64,000 nucleotides of DNA from a virus (taxonomy: Duplodnaviria; Caudoviricetes): IMG/VR virus record IMGVR_UViG_3300026165_000001, positions 23,356 through 87,355 of that record. One strand, given 5' to 3'. Below the pieces are notes generated by a model. The model was not told the origin of the DNA and ran no database searches. It was given only the letters and a program-made list of their open reading frames with translations. The translations under genes were made by a program, and so were the position numbers. Shown here in pieces: positions 9,569 through 19,130 of the stretch (the stretch's first letter is position 1; every line of letters starts with the position of its first letter).

Positions 9569-9760
9569 ATATTAAGCGGCTCCGAGGGATATGGGGCGTT
9601 GAATAAAGTAACTAGCGTTAGGCACAGGTGAGACCGGACTATTACAGCTGGTCACTGACCCTAGTGCACCTGAGGTCGCGTTGCGGCCATAGGGGATCAG
9701 AGTAACTAGTAACCATTTCGATCAAGAGTGAACCGGCCCTAGGGCCGGTTCTTTTGTTTT
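9569..9760 (+). ncRNA. Candidate ~190-nt structured small RNA
   Basis: Bounded by a sigma70 promoter and an intrinsic terminator; GC-richer than flanks; several stems; no convincing ORF. Confidence 0.55.
9730..9760. terminator. Intrinsic terminator, likely bidirectional (sRNA on +, capsid operon on -)
   Basis: Perfect 22-nt palindrome GAACCGGCCCTAGGGCCGGTTC (9730-9751) followed by TTTTGTTTT on +. Confidence 0.85.
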
Positions 9761-9777
9761 TACTAAAACAACAGCTA

Positions 9778-10938
9778 TTAGCTGAAGGTTAGGTTTGCAG
9801 TTGTAACGTCAATGCGGTTTAGGTAGTCCGCAGCGTTACCAAGGCTTGACGCCTGGTTGCTGAGTTCTACGTATCCGTAACGTGTCATGAAGCTGACAAC
9901 TGGCTCGAAGGTGCTTGGGTCAAGCACTGTGCCTGAGCTCATTAGAGGAATGTATGGGCAGTAGAATGCCGCTGCATCTGTCTCGTTTGAACCTTTATAT
10001 CCGATAAGGATGTTGTCGTCTGTCGCATACTGGTTAACATAAACGCGCATTGAGCCGTTTAGTGTACCAACGAACTTGGTGTTTGTTGGCGCCTCGAAAG
10101 GACCTTCAGTTGTGCGAGCAAATGCACTTGTGGTAGCTGCCTGGAGCACTGTGAGGATTGTTGGTGAAACAACCATCCAGTTACCAGCGCCACGACGTGT
10201 GCGAGCTGCAATGTCGTTTGCTGCCTTGTTGATGAGCACTGCTAGTGCAGCATGTTCGTCACCAACAAAGGTTGCGGTTCCGCTTACTGCGTTCTGGTCG
10301 TATGTGCTGGTTGCAGCACCTGCGAGTGAACGTAGAGATGCTAGGATCTCTTGGTCGATTTCAGCAGTGATCTCCTGCGCGAGCGCAGCCATGATCTCTG
10401 CTTCAACGTCTAGGCCATGCATAGCTTGTGCGTCTTGCGCAGCTTCGAAAGTCCAACGTGCGCTGAGCTTACGAGTCTTTGCTTCGACGGTCTGCTTGAG
10501 GACCTGGATGTTTAGCTTACGACCAGCCTGACCTTCAAGCACTGAAGTTGCTTCAGCGCGGTCAGTTGTAGCGTTACCTGAGTAACCGTTAGCAATCTGG
10601 AACGGGCTAAGTGCCTCGTCACCAGCAACTGCTGAGTCGAATGTTTCTGCATAACGGACACGTAGAGTGTGGATTTGACCAACTGGGCCGGTCATTGGCT
10701 GCACACCAACTAGTTCGTTTGCAATAACAGTTGGCATAACACGGCGGATAACTGGTAGGATCACTTTGTTAAGTGTCGCAATGTTACCTGCTGATGTTGA
10801 GCCGACTGTTGCAGATTCTGACAACTGCTTCTTGGTGTTTTCAAGAACAGTTTCCATAACTGACTTTTTGTTACCGGTCAAGCCGTCAACGAGTGCGTCC
10901 TTGGTTGCTGACCAGTTTTCGAATAGAACGTCTGCCAT
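9778..10938 (-). CDS. gp23: Major capsid protein (T4 gp23 family)
   Basis: LPVIRRVMP.VIANELVGVQPMTGPVG, TRKLSARWT.EAAQD, GYKG..E.DAA.FYCPYIPL, TRYG. Confidence 0.97.
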   Translation of the reverse strand: MADVLFENWSATKDALVDGLTGNKKSVMETVLENTKKQLSESATVGSTSAGNIATLNKVILPVIRRVMPTVIANELVGVQPMTGPVGQIHTLRVRYAETFDSAVAGDEALSPFQIANGYSGNATTDRAEATSVLEGQAGRKLNIQVLKQTVEAKTRKLSARWTFEAAQDAQAMHGLDVEAEIMAALAQEITAEIDQEILASLRSLAGAATSTYDQNAVSGTATFVGDEHAALAVLINKAANDIAARTRRGAGNWMVVSPTILTVLQAATTSAFARTTEGPFEAPTNTKFVGTLNGSMRVYVNQYATDDNILIGYKGSNETDAAAFYCPYIPLMSSGTVLDPSTFEPVVSFMTRYGYVELSNQASSLGNAADYLNRIDVTTANLTFS

Positions 10939-10951
10939 TTTAATTTCTCCT

Positions 10952-12070
10952 TTAGCTTAGTCCTGCTAATTTCTTGAGTTCAATGATATCAGCTGAGCCA
11001 CCAACGTCTTGCTGGGCGCTCTTGTTGACCTTGTCACCATTAACTTCACGTACTGGACGCTTGTTTTCAGTGAGTTTAGCCTTCTTTGCTTGTGTCTTAA
11101 CATCTGAGTCTTCTGAAAGGACACTTGGAAGATACTTCTTGTATGCTGTCTTCAACTGTGAAGTCTTGACACTTTCAAGTAGTGTTCCCATTAGTTCTTT
11201 CTGACCCCTGTTTAGAGGACCAAGCATTTCGCTCATAATTTGCTTTCGCTCACTCAAGTCGGTTGCGACTCTAGCTTTGCGGTTTGCTTCTTTGAGCTGT
11301 TGTTCCCTAGCTTCTATTGCTTCTTTTGATTCAGCAAGGTTCTGCTTTAGGTTCATTATTTCTTTAGCAAGTTTAGCAGTCTGTGTGCTTTCGCTTAGAG
11401 TGCTTGTCATAAACTCGCTTGCGAATGTCTCGAAAATCTTACGACCGAACTCGTTTTCCTTAGCTGTTTGAATGTCTTCGTGTAGAGTTGTGAGCTCCTT
11501 ACGCATAACATTTTCAACCATGGTTTCAAGTTTAGCTGCGCTCTTCTTGATGAAGTTGCGCTTTGCTTGTTCGATGACTTTTTGACCTTCGCGTACCATT
11601 TTGACTTTCTGCTCTGCTAGAGCTCGCTTGTCATCATGGAATTCGTTGAGTTCTTTGGTTAGCTGCTTGAGAACAAACTCTTCTAGCTTACCAAAATTAG
11701 CCTTTTGTGTTTTACGATCCTCACGCAATTCACCGATTTCCTTAGCTAGAACTTCTTGAACAAAACTATCGAGCATCTTGGCGTGCTCTTTAACCGCTTT
11801 CTTGTAACGAACGCGATCTTCTGCGACCTTGGCTTTGTCCGTTGCGAACTCTTCCAATTCGGTCTTGATAGCTTCCTTCAACATTGCGTCCATTGCTTCA
11901 ACAATTTGTGACTTGTCATTTTCATAACGAGACGCAAACTCTTCACGCAACTCTGCGGTCATAGCCTCGCGCTCTTCAGCAATACGTGCTTCGAACGCTT
12001 CGTTTAGCTCTGACTGAAGTTCTTCGTTAAGAACATCGCTGCCGAGGATTTCTTTAAATGACTTAGGCAT
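10952..12070 (-). CDS. gp22: Prohead scaffolding/core protein (gp22-like)
   Basis: Charged coiled-coil protein between protease and capsid; many L-x-E sites. Confidence 0.85.
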   Translation of the reverse strand: MPKSFKEILGSDVLNEELQSELNEAFEARIAEEREAMTAELREEFASRYENDKSQIVEAMDAMLKEAIKTELEEFATDKAKVAEDRVRYKKAVKEHAKMLDSFVQEVLAKEIGELREDRKTQKANFGKLEEFVLKQLTKELNEFHDDKRALAEQKVKMVREGQKVIEQAKRNFIKKSAAKLETMVENVMRKELTTLHEDIQTAKENEFGRKIFETFASEFMTSTLSESTQTAKLAKEIMNLKQNLAESKEAIEAREQQLKEANRKARVATDLSERKQIMSEMLGPLNRGQKELMGTLLESVKTSQLKTAYKKYLPSVLSEDSDVKTQAKKAKLTENKRPVREVNGDKVNKSAQQDVGGSADIIELKKLAGLS

Positions 12071-12072
12071 GT

Positions 12073-12708
12073 TTATTTTCTCCCTAGGTCTTGGATAATT
12101 CGAATCATCTCTTCTTTGAGATACTTCTGTGCTCTTGGATCGTGCTGAACATTAGTTGCTACGTCCCAAATGCTATTAGCACGACGGTGATTCATGATGT
12201 GTTCATAAATCGGATCCGGATATGCTTCTGGTGCACTTGGATTCGCCACGATATCTACCGTAACAATTTCAAACTCTGACACACTGCCTGAGCCATCAAC
12301 GTTACCACTGCCGCGTGAGCTGACCCCTAGTTTTACACCACTTTCCAGTAGTGTTTTACATATGTTGCCCATTGGAGTGGGCAACATTTTTAGTTTACCA
12401 ACACCGTCTGATCCACGCATGTCCATATCGACAATCATGTGGCTTACACGGTCAAGGTTGATGTTCAGATCGTCTGGATGATCTGCTTCACCAAGGACTG
12501 TATAACCACCAGCAATCTTCTCTTTGAGCGACTTAACGGCGCTTGTGATTTCATTAACTGGGTATACTCTTTGATTCTGATTTCGCTTATCACCTTGGAT
12601 GAAGATACCCTGCATATACAGGTCCTTGCCACCTTGGCCATTATCATGGCTTTCAGTAGTAATAGACGCTGCATCAGGCGTAATAACTTCTCTAAGAGGT
12701 GTAAACAT
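12073..12708 (-). CDS. gp21: Prohead maturation protease (gp21)
   Basis: GIFIQ..RNQNQRVYP, GEADHP, VSH, GVSSRGSG, DIVANPSAPEA. Confidence 0.95.
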   Translation of the reverse strand: MFTPLREVITPDAASITTESHDNGQGGKDLYMQGIFIQGDKRNQNQRVYPVNEITSAVKSLKEKIAGGYTVLGEADHPDDLNINLDRVSHMIVDMDMRGSDGVGKLKMLPTPMGNICKTLLESGVKLGVSSRGSGNVDGSGSVSEFEIVTVDIVANPSAPEAYPDPIYEHIMNHRRANSIWDVATNVQHDPRAQKYLKEEMIRIIQDLGRK

Positions 12709-12722
12709 CAGTTATCGTTTCC

Positions 12723-13610
12723 TTAGTGCTTTTTCTTGTCTTTGAAAAGGCTTTGTGCCTTTTCGCTTGAGTTACTTGGGTGTGAAACTTTCTTGTCCAT
12801 CTTGCCCTTTTGCTCTTGTGGTCCAGTAACACTCATTTTCTTTGCTGAGTCACCTTTACCACCTTTTTCGTCTCCACCAAACTTATTGACTGGCTTTGCA
12901 TGGCCGCCGCTCATATCGCTTTGGTTTTGCAGAACTGGTGAAGCTTTTCCGTCTTCATCACCTGACATTGAAACATTTTGCTTGTGTAGCTTTGCGTCTT
13001 CGCCTAGGTCATCATCTTCAAGGTCGTCATCTTCAAGGTCGTCATCTTCTTCGTCACCCATGTCGGCGTCCATGTCTCCGAATTCATCAGCAACTTCGTC
13101 GCCTTCCTCTTCGTCGCCCATTTCGTCGCCCATCATGTCGGCAAATACTGCTTTGAGTTCTTCAATAGCATCTTCGACGTTTTGGACTGCTTCTTCAGCA
13201 TCACCGTCGCCGCCCATCTCTGGATCGTCGTCCATATCTAGATCGTCGCCCATATCTGGCTCGTCTTCCATGTCCATATCAACGTCCATGTCCATTTCGC
13301 CCTCAAGATCGTCAACGGCTTCATCTTCTTCGTCGTCTTCGCCAAAATATTCTTCAGCTTCGAGTTCGTCTTCCATTGTTTCGAGATCGTCCTCAAAGTC
13401 ACCTGACTCGTCTTCGTCATGATAACCTTCTTCAAGGTCTTCATCTTCGTCAAGCTCTAGCTCGTCTTCCACTGCGTCATCTTCTTCAGCTAGGTCAGCA
13501 TAAATCTCACGCGCTGTTTCGATGAGGTGCTCATGCAACATTTCGCTGGCAAGTTCACCCTCGCCATTCACCATGTATTCAAGCACTTTTTCGAGTTTTG
13601 ATTTTGTCAT
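12723..13610 (-). CDS. Highly acidic prohead core protein
   Basis: D/E-rich low-complexity body with a basic C-terminus; sits where T4 gp67/gp68 lie (between portal and protease); SD AAGGAG. Confidence 0.7.
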   Translation of the reverse strand: MTKSKLEKVLEYMVNGEGELASEMLHEHLIETAREIYADLAEEDDAVEDELELDEDEDLEEGYHDEDESGDFEDDLETMEDELEAEEYFGEDDEEDEAVDDLEGEMDMDVDMDMEDEPDMGDDLDMDDDPEMGGDGDAEEAVQNVEDAIEELKAVFADMMGDEMGDEEEGDEVADEFGDMDADMGDEEDDDLEDDDLEDDDLGEDAKLHKQNVSMSGDEDGKASPVLQNQSDMSGGHAKPVNKFGGDEKGGKGDSAKKMSVTGPQEQKGKMDKKVSHPSNSSEKAQSLFKDKKKH

Positions 13611-13662
13611 TCTTCACACTCCTTGGCCCATCGTGGGCACTGTTTTGCATTACTTCAAATAG

Positions 13663-13669
13663 TATTTAC
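13663..13669 (-). promoter_or_regulatory. Late promoter variant (GTAAATA) for the core/capsid operon
   Basis: TATTTAC on +; leader hairpin GCCCATCGTGGGC at 13626-13638; roughly phased A-tracts at 13692, 13703 and 13712. Confidence 0.55.
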
Positions 13670-13752
13670 AAAACAAAATGCCTTACCTTAGAAAAAGGCA
13701 CGAAAAAGGGCAAAAAGTGTGTTTTAATTCCGTGATCTACCTGACTAAGTAA

Positions 13753-13959
13753 TCACTCTTCGGCGTCTGGGCTACCGTAGATGTATGCTACATCATCAAT
13801 TCTTTGCTTTTGTTCAAGATCTTCAATGCTGCGAGTCTTGCGCAGCTTTTGAAGATGCCGCAAAGTTATACGTGGACGACGTCTGTGATCAATGTTGACC
13901 ACTGTGTAATCGTCCTGTTCTTCGTCATAATATTCTCTTAGAAATTCTTGACTTCTCAT
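13753..13959 (-). CDS. Small head-operon protein
   Basis: 68 aa, overlaps the portal stop; RRPRITLRHLQKLRK; SD GAGG. Confidence 0.7.
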   Translation of the reverse strand: MRSQEFLREYYDEEQDDYTVVNIDHRRRPRITLRHLQKLRKTRSIEDLEQKQRIDDVAYIYGSPDAEE

Positions 13960-15674
13960 ATTTCCTCATCCCCTTCATCGCCACCTATTGGGCTAGTTTC
14001 GTCACCACCTGCTTCAGCATCAAAGTCTTCTTCACCGCCAAGATCTTCATCAGCTTCAAAATCATCTAGGCTGCCATCAGCACCACCCTGGACACCAACG
14101 TTTCCTAGATCACTGAATTCTTCATCATCAACTGATCCTTCTTCATTGCCCTTGATTGGATTTTCCTGCTTCCATAGCTTTTCGTTTTCAAGTATTTCAT
14201 CTTCACTGAGTTGTAGATATTTCTTGAGCATGAATCTCTTGCTCAAATAATCAACACCTTCAAGTTGACCAAATACACTGGCACGTGAGCTGTTGATTTC
14301 AATCTCACGATAATCACTAAAGCTTTGTGGTTCAACAAAGTCCAACTCAAACTGACTTGAATCAATTTCATAACCACGGTGCTTGAGGAACAATTTGAAT
14401 TCTTTATCAAATGATGGTTGAACAATACGTTGCAGTCTCTGGCAGTATTTTGTAAATCGATATTCTTGAATAAATGCTGTTCCTACACGTCCATCATTAT
14501 ATGTTGCTGTGCCGTCATCTGGTCCAGTAGGTAGATAGCTACTTGGAACGCGCAAACCACGAGCTAGTTTGTTATTGAAGAATTTGAGGTCATCAATATC
14601 ACCTAGGTTGTCACCGCCCGGTAGTGTTTCAACTTTACTGCCACGTCCTTCAGCTGTTTGAGCAAAGAAGTAATCTTCCATGATTGATAGCGGGTTGTAT
14701 TGCGCATCCATCATATTGCTACCACCACCTGTTCGTGTTGGAATACGACGCTGGTGAATTTCGTTCTTTACGCGCTCAACATGAGACATTGCTTGGTGGC
14801 TTGGCATATCACCTACGTCAATATAAAAGATACGACGTTCAGGTGCTCGTTGCACACGGTAAATGATAATTGAGTCTTCAAGCAATTCTTTTTGCTTGTA
14901 TGTTTTGAAAACAGCATCAAGAATACTATTGCCGAATGGCCAAGCATTGTCCATTCCATCTGTTAGTGCCATATGAATAACGTGCTTGGCATCAATTGAA
15001 AATTCAACATCTCCACCTGCTCCGCCGTTTACATTGGTAACGTTTGAAGCATTTCTTTGAGTTGTTGAATTGATCATGTTTGTCGGACTGACACTTGCTC
15101 CAGCATAGTTGCCAGGACCTTTTTGATTGGTCGCAACCAGAGTCTGAAAATTAGGATCCAAATTTTTGATGATATATTGTGATGGTTCTTTACCACGACT
15201 TTCGTCAACAATCACACGCAATACGTCAGCTGGGCTTACATAGTAAAGTTTCCAAGTTTCAGGATCACGCACAAATGGTTGGTCGCCATATTTGACTGTA
15301 TTACGAAATGTATTAAATATTCGCCTGTTCCAATCATTTACACGGCACCATTGCTTGAGAACGGTTTGAAGAACATCGCTTTCAGTTTCAGTAGGACTGT
15401 CATGCCATTTGATAATGAATGGTGATTCAGTTTCTTCGTCTTGCTGTGTTGAAAATTCTGCAATCGTGTCTAGAGCAGTATTAATTTCACTGTCCATGTC
15501 CATTTGATCATATTGGACATAACGTTCAAGACGATTGGGTTGTCCAACATATACCTCTGGTAGCCAACTCTGAAAACGCGATGCATCTGTTTTATTTGCG
15601 CCGCGTGATTTCCCACCACTTAGTGGACTTTGAGTGCCTTGGTATGTTTGAAAATGCTTCTTCCAGCCTGCCAT
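13956..15674 (-). CDS. gp20: Portal vertex protein (gp20)
   Basis: LEDSIIIYRVQRAPERRIFYIDVG, MEDYFF..EGRGSKVETLPGG.NLG.IDD, LRVPSS. Confidence 0.97.
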   Translation of the reverse strand: MAGWKKHFQTYQGTQSPLSGGKSRGANKTDASRFQSWLPEVYVGQPNRLERYVQYDQMDMDSEINTALDTIAEFSTQQDEETESPFIIKWHDSPTETESDVLQTVLKQWCRVNDWNRRIFNTFRNTVKYGDQPFVRDPETWKLYYVSPADVLRVIVDESRGKEPSQYIIKNLDPNFQTLVATNQKGPGNYAGASVSPTNMINSTTQRNASNVTNVNGGAGGDVEFSIDAKHVIHMALTDGMDNAWPFGNSILDAVFKTYKQKELLEDSIIIYRVQRAPERRIFYIDVGDMPSHQAMSHVERVKNEIHQRRIPTRTGGGSNMMDAQYNPLSIMEDYFFAQTAEGRGSKVETLPGGDNLGDIDDLKFFNNKLARGLRVPSSYLPTGPDDGTATYNDGRVGTAFIQEYRFTKYCQRLQRIVQPSFDKEFKLFLKHRGYEIDSSQFELDFVEPQSFSDYREIEINSSRASVFGQLEGVDYLSKRFMLKKYLQLSEDEILENEKLWKQENPIKGNEEGSVDDEEFSDLGNVGVQGGADGSLDDFEADEDLGGEEDFDAEAGGDETSPIGGDEGDEEI

Positions 15675-15700
15675 AATGATTATCTATTCCTATTTGTGGG

Positions 15701-15707
15701 TATTTAT
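15701..15707 (-). promoter_or_regulatory. Late promoter for the portal gene
   Basis: TATTTAT overlapping the tape-measure stop codon, 26 nt upstream of the portal ATG. Confidence 0.7.
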
Positions 15708-17986
15708 TGACTTTCTTCAGCAGTGCGATTGAGTCTTTGTAGTTGACGATTTGTGTCTTCTATCAGTTCTGTTTGACGAGCTAACCAGTCTTCTATTCTA
15801 GGTGCAGCTTGATTGTTAAGAAACGCATTCATTTCTTGGGTATTTGCTTCTATTCCATTGACACCATTGGGTGTAGTCATTGAACCAGGATTAACTGGGC
15901 CCGGAGTTCTTTCTAGTATACTGTTATTTTCAAATGGAGTATTAAGAGCTGGATAACTTTGAGCCTCACGTTGCATCCATTCATTACGTCGTCGTTGCCA
16001 TTCTAATTGCTCATCGTTAGTACCATCCGTCGGAAATGGATATTGATCTTCAAATTTTCCGCTAATTGTTCCATCGCCGGTTGGTTTAATTCCCAGTCCT
16101 GTTGCAAAAGCACCAGCTGGTGTCGCGGCGCGGGTGCCTTTTACAAGCATCGGCAAAAATCGACTCAAAATTCCAGGAGTTTTTGATGCTGCTGCTGATG
16201 CACCAGATTTAACTGCGCCTGTGCCGCGTGTAACCCAATTACGCAATTGTGAGAATAAGCCGCCAGCACCAGATGCAGCACCTGAACCCCGTCCTAATAG
16301 ATTTTTAGCACCACCAAGCATTCTTCCTCCGGTTTTACGCCATCCCCAACCCAACATCTTACGTCCAGGACCTGTAAGAGAGAGCAGCCCAAGGCCGACA
16401 CCAGCTGCTTTTAACGCATCAGTAAACCTTTCCATACCGGTTGTCATTTCAGAATATGAACCTTTTATTCCTTGCCACAGCGTGTTATCGGGTCCGAAAT
16501 TATCCGAAATATTGCGTATTGCCTCGACCAATTCTCCTCCACTACTTTTGACATCAAGTCCGAGATTTTCAATAACTGTTGACAAAGTGCTATCTTTCAT
16601 ACGATTAGTGGTTTCTTGTATGTGGCTTGCAAGTGCGAGGAGTTCAGTCTCCATTGTGGCTTGAGCTGCATCTTGATGTGCTTCACGATTGGTTTCAACA
16701 GCCTTTTCAAGTCCTTGCAATTCACTCACAAGGCTTATCAATTGGGCCGCGCCATCGACATCTCTCTGTGCAAGTCGACCCAACTGCACCATTTCATCAG
16801 CTGGTATGGCATCACCCAGTTCAGCCAATCTGCTAACCAATTGAACATTAAATTCACTTGTGTCCATGGTTTTCATGTTGCTACTAACAAAATTAAAAAT
16901 ATCCTGCAACATTGTGTTTGCTTCGCTATTGATTGATGCGATTGCACGGACTGCTTCATTATTTGTGGTGCGGAAATCCAACCCTGTTGCGATGGCTTGA
17001 GCCATGGCCAAACCAATCTGGTCACCAACTTCCCCGCCGGCGCCGAATACAGTTGCCAAGGAATTGAAATTCTCGCTCAACCTGCCACCTTCACGCTCTA
17101 TGCTCATACGGAATGCAGTGATTGCTGGATCGTCTGCCATTTCACGACGTTTACGTATCATATCACGTCGATCTTGTCCAGTAATAGCAGCAAGTCCTGT
17201 TGTTTCAAGCAATAGATTATTCATTGATTCTGCCAGGCCATCTTGTATTGCTTGTTGATTCATGCCGCTGCGGCGACGGATTTCAATTTCTTCCAATAAC
17301 ATTTCATTATATTCAGTATTAGTTAAACCAAAGTTATTGAAATCTCTTGCGAGCACTCTTGCTTCACGGCTAATCCTACTGAAGTTAGCGGCGCCGTCTT
17401 GTGCATTTTCACCCATTGCACGAAGTGAATCTCCGTTGCTCATTACCAATTTGCCATAGTCTTCCATATTGAGACCTGTTAATGTGGCTTGATGTCTCAA
17501 TTCTACAAGGCTAGATCCCAATCCAATACCGACATTTGAAAGTTCACTGACGTTTTTTGCGAATTCTTCAAGCACACTTACTGCAAATCCCGCAGCGGCG
17601 CCGATGGCTCCGATTGGAATCAATGCCTTTACGATGCCAGAAAGACTTTCCTTATTAAAGGCATCTGCAAGATCTTTACTAGTGGATTTCAGTGAATTGG
17701 TAGCATTTTGCAGAGCCTTTCCGTGATCTTTACGAAATTCATTGAGCTTCTTTTCAGCTTTAATACTTTCGGACCGATCTTGTTTTGTAGCTGTCTTCAA
17801 GTCACGCAATATTTTTTGATTGTCCGCTACTGTCTTTTGACTACGTCCTGAATGCTTGACCAATTCAGTTAGAGCTTTGGCGCTTGCGAGATTGAACTTT
17901 GACATTTCGCGAGCAGTTTCTTCGGTTGCCCAACGAGGAACGCGAACACTTTCTCCGCCAATTATAATTTCAATATCATCTGCCAT
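15704..17986 (-). CDS. Tape measure protein
   Basis: 760 aa, helical, A/G/S-rich with hydrophobic segments; divergent from the tail chaperone gene. Confidence 0.75.
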   Translation of the reverse strand: MADDIEIIIGGESVRVPRWATEETAREMSKFNLASAKALTELVKHSGRSQKTVADNQKILRDLKTATKQDRSESIKAEKKLNEFRKDHGKALQNATNSLKSTSKDLADAFNKESLSGIVKALIPIGAIGAAAGFAVSVLEEFAKNVSELSNVGIGLGSSLVELRHQATLTGLNMEDYGKLVMSNGDSLRAMGENAQDGAANFSRISREARVLARDFNNFGLTNTEYNEMLLEEIEIRRRSGMNQQAIQDGLAESMNNLLLETTGLAAITGQDRRDMIRKRREMADDPAITAFRMSIEREGGRLSENFNSLATVFGAGGEVGDQIGLAMAQAIATGLDFRTTNNEAVRAIASINSEANTMLQDIFNFVSSNMKTMDTSEFNVQLVSRLAELGDAIPADEMVQLGRLAQRDVDGAAQLISLVSELQGLEKAVETNREAHQDAAQATMETELLALASHIQETTNRMKDSTLSTVIENLGLDVKSSGGELVEAIRNISDNFGPDNTLWQGIKGSYSEMTTGMERFTDALKAAGVGLGLLSLTGPGRKMLGWGWRKTGGRMLGGAKNLLGRGSGAASGAGGLFSQLRNWVTRGTGAVKSGASAAASKTPGILSRFLPMLVKGTRAATPAGAFATGLGIKPTGDGTISGKFEDQYPFPTDGTNDEQLEWQRRRNEWMQREAQSYPALNTPFENNSILERTPGPVNPGSMTTPNGVNGIEANTQEMNAFLNNQAAPRIEDWLARQTELIEDTNRQLQRLNRTAEESQ

Positions 17987-18008
17987 GAAAAGCCCTTAAA
18001 ATACGTAG

Positions 18009-18047
18009 ATAAATACCCAGTGTAGGGTAATCCTTACATATATTTAG
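18009..18047. promoter_or_regulatory. Face-to-face late promoters (+ ATAAATA 18009-18015; - CTAAATA 18041-18047) with a hairpin between them
   Basis: Motifs read directly; hairpin TGTAGGG-TAAT-CCTTACA at 18021-18038. Confidence 0.6.
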
Positions 18048-18057
18048 CGAGATCGAA

Positions 18058-18891
18058 ATGAGTGAAAATCCACTACAGAAACTATATAGAAACAAGAAAG
18101 TCTATGTTTCATTGCCCAGCGGTGGCAGATTTTATAACTCTGGTGTAAAACTCAGTGCAGACAATGAAATCGGCGTTATGCCCATGACTGCCACTGACGA
18201 AATCAAACTCAAAACTCCTGATGCTCTGTTCAACGGCGAAGCCCTATACGAACTATTCAAGAGCTGTGTGCCAGATATCGAAAATCCACGTGAAATACCA
18301 GTGTGTGATATCGACAAATTATTGCTTGCAATTCGCATGGCAACCAGTGGTTCAACATTGGAGATAAAATCCACTTGCCCTAAATGCAAACACATAGAAA
18401 AATATGATGTTGACCTAGGCGTAATCATGAACAGTGCACAAGAAATCACTGAAGACAACGCTGTAACATTGGATGACGACATCATTGTTGAAACCCGTCC
18501 ACTCACACTACAAAGTCAAATCATGGCACAAATGGATTCATTTTATCAATACCGTATGCAGCAAATGATCAATGACGATAGTGTGCCAGACGAACAAAAG
18601 GCTAAAGAGTTTAATGAAATACTAGTCCAAGCCATCACACTTCAAACAGGACAAGTTGCCAGTTGTATTACAAAGGTGACATTGGACGAAGACACTCAAG
18701 TAACCGATAGTGAACACATTTTTGAGTGGGTAGAAAACATGGATAGTCATACTCATAGAAAAATTAAAGATTGTATTGAAAAATTGAGCGATCCAAAAAT
18801 GAGTGATAGTGTTACCATCAAATGCAGTCAAGAAGAATGTGGTCATGAATACAAAGCAAACATTGACCTAAATCCAGTAAATTTTTTCTAG
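18058..18891 (+). CDS. gp26: Baseplate hub / tail assembly chaperone (T4 gp26-like)
   Basis: VSLPSGG.FY, MTA.DEI, D..LLAIR.AT.G, two Cys pairs (CPKC, CSQEEC), ends NFF. Confidence 0.75.
   Translation: MSENPLQKLYRNKKVYVSLPSGGRFYNSGVKLSADNEIGVMPMTATDEIKLKTPDALFNGEALYELFKSCVPDIENPREIPVCDIDKLLLAIRMATSGSTLEIKSTCPKCKHIEKYDVDLGVIMNSAQEITEDNAVTLDDDIIVETRPLTLQSQIMAQMDSFYQYRMQQMINDDSVPDEQKAKEFNEILVQAITLQTGQVASCITKVTLDEDTQVTDSEHIFEWVENMDSHTHRKIKDCIEKLSDPKMSDSVTIKCSQEECGHEYKANIDLNPVNFF
18882..18888 (+). other. Putative -1 programmed ribosomal frameshift site T TTT TTC
   Basis: X XXY YYZ heptamer immediately before TAG; the -1 frame reads LATAIH into ATG 18906 with no stop. Confidence 0.7.
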
Positions 18892-18905
18892 CCACCGCCA
18901 TACAC

Positions 18906-19121
18906 ATGACTCCTGGTGAATTAAGACAATACATTCACGATATGGAGGTGGAGGTAGAACGACTGGAGGAATACGTATTTGATATAGCACTCTTTAGTGA
19001 GGGTGCGATATCTGTTAGTGAACTCCTAGGTATGCCCATGCCCAAAATACGAAAATTCGAAGAACGCCTAAGCGAAAAAGTCAAAGCAGAAGCTGGCAAG
19101 AAGGGAACCGAGTATCTCTAA
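18906..19121 (+). CDS. Tail chaperone C-terminal extension, probably expressed as a frameshift fusion
   Basis: 71-aa ORF with no SD upstream (CCACCGCCATACAC); in the -1 frame of gp26. Confidence 0.7.
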   Translation: MTPGELRQYIHDMEVEVERLEEYVFDIALFSEGAISVSELLGMPMPKIRKFEERLSEKVKAEAGKKGTEYL

Positions 19122-19130
19122 TCAACTCAG

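Noticed and set aside
9591-9602. Mini-ORF ATG GGG CGT TGA as a leader peptide
   Set aside because: SD spacing too short and no downstream gene on that strand.
12736-13422. 228-aa Ser-rich + strand ORF
   Set aside because: Antisense shadow of the GAN-rich acidic core gene.
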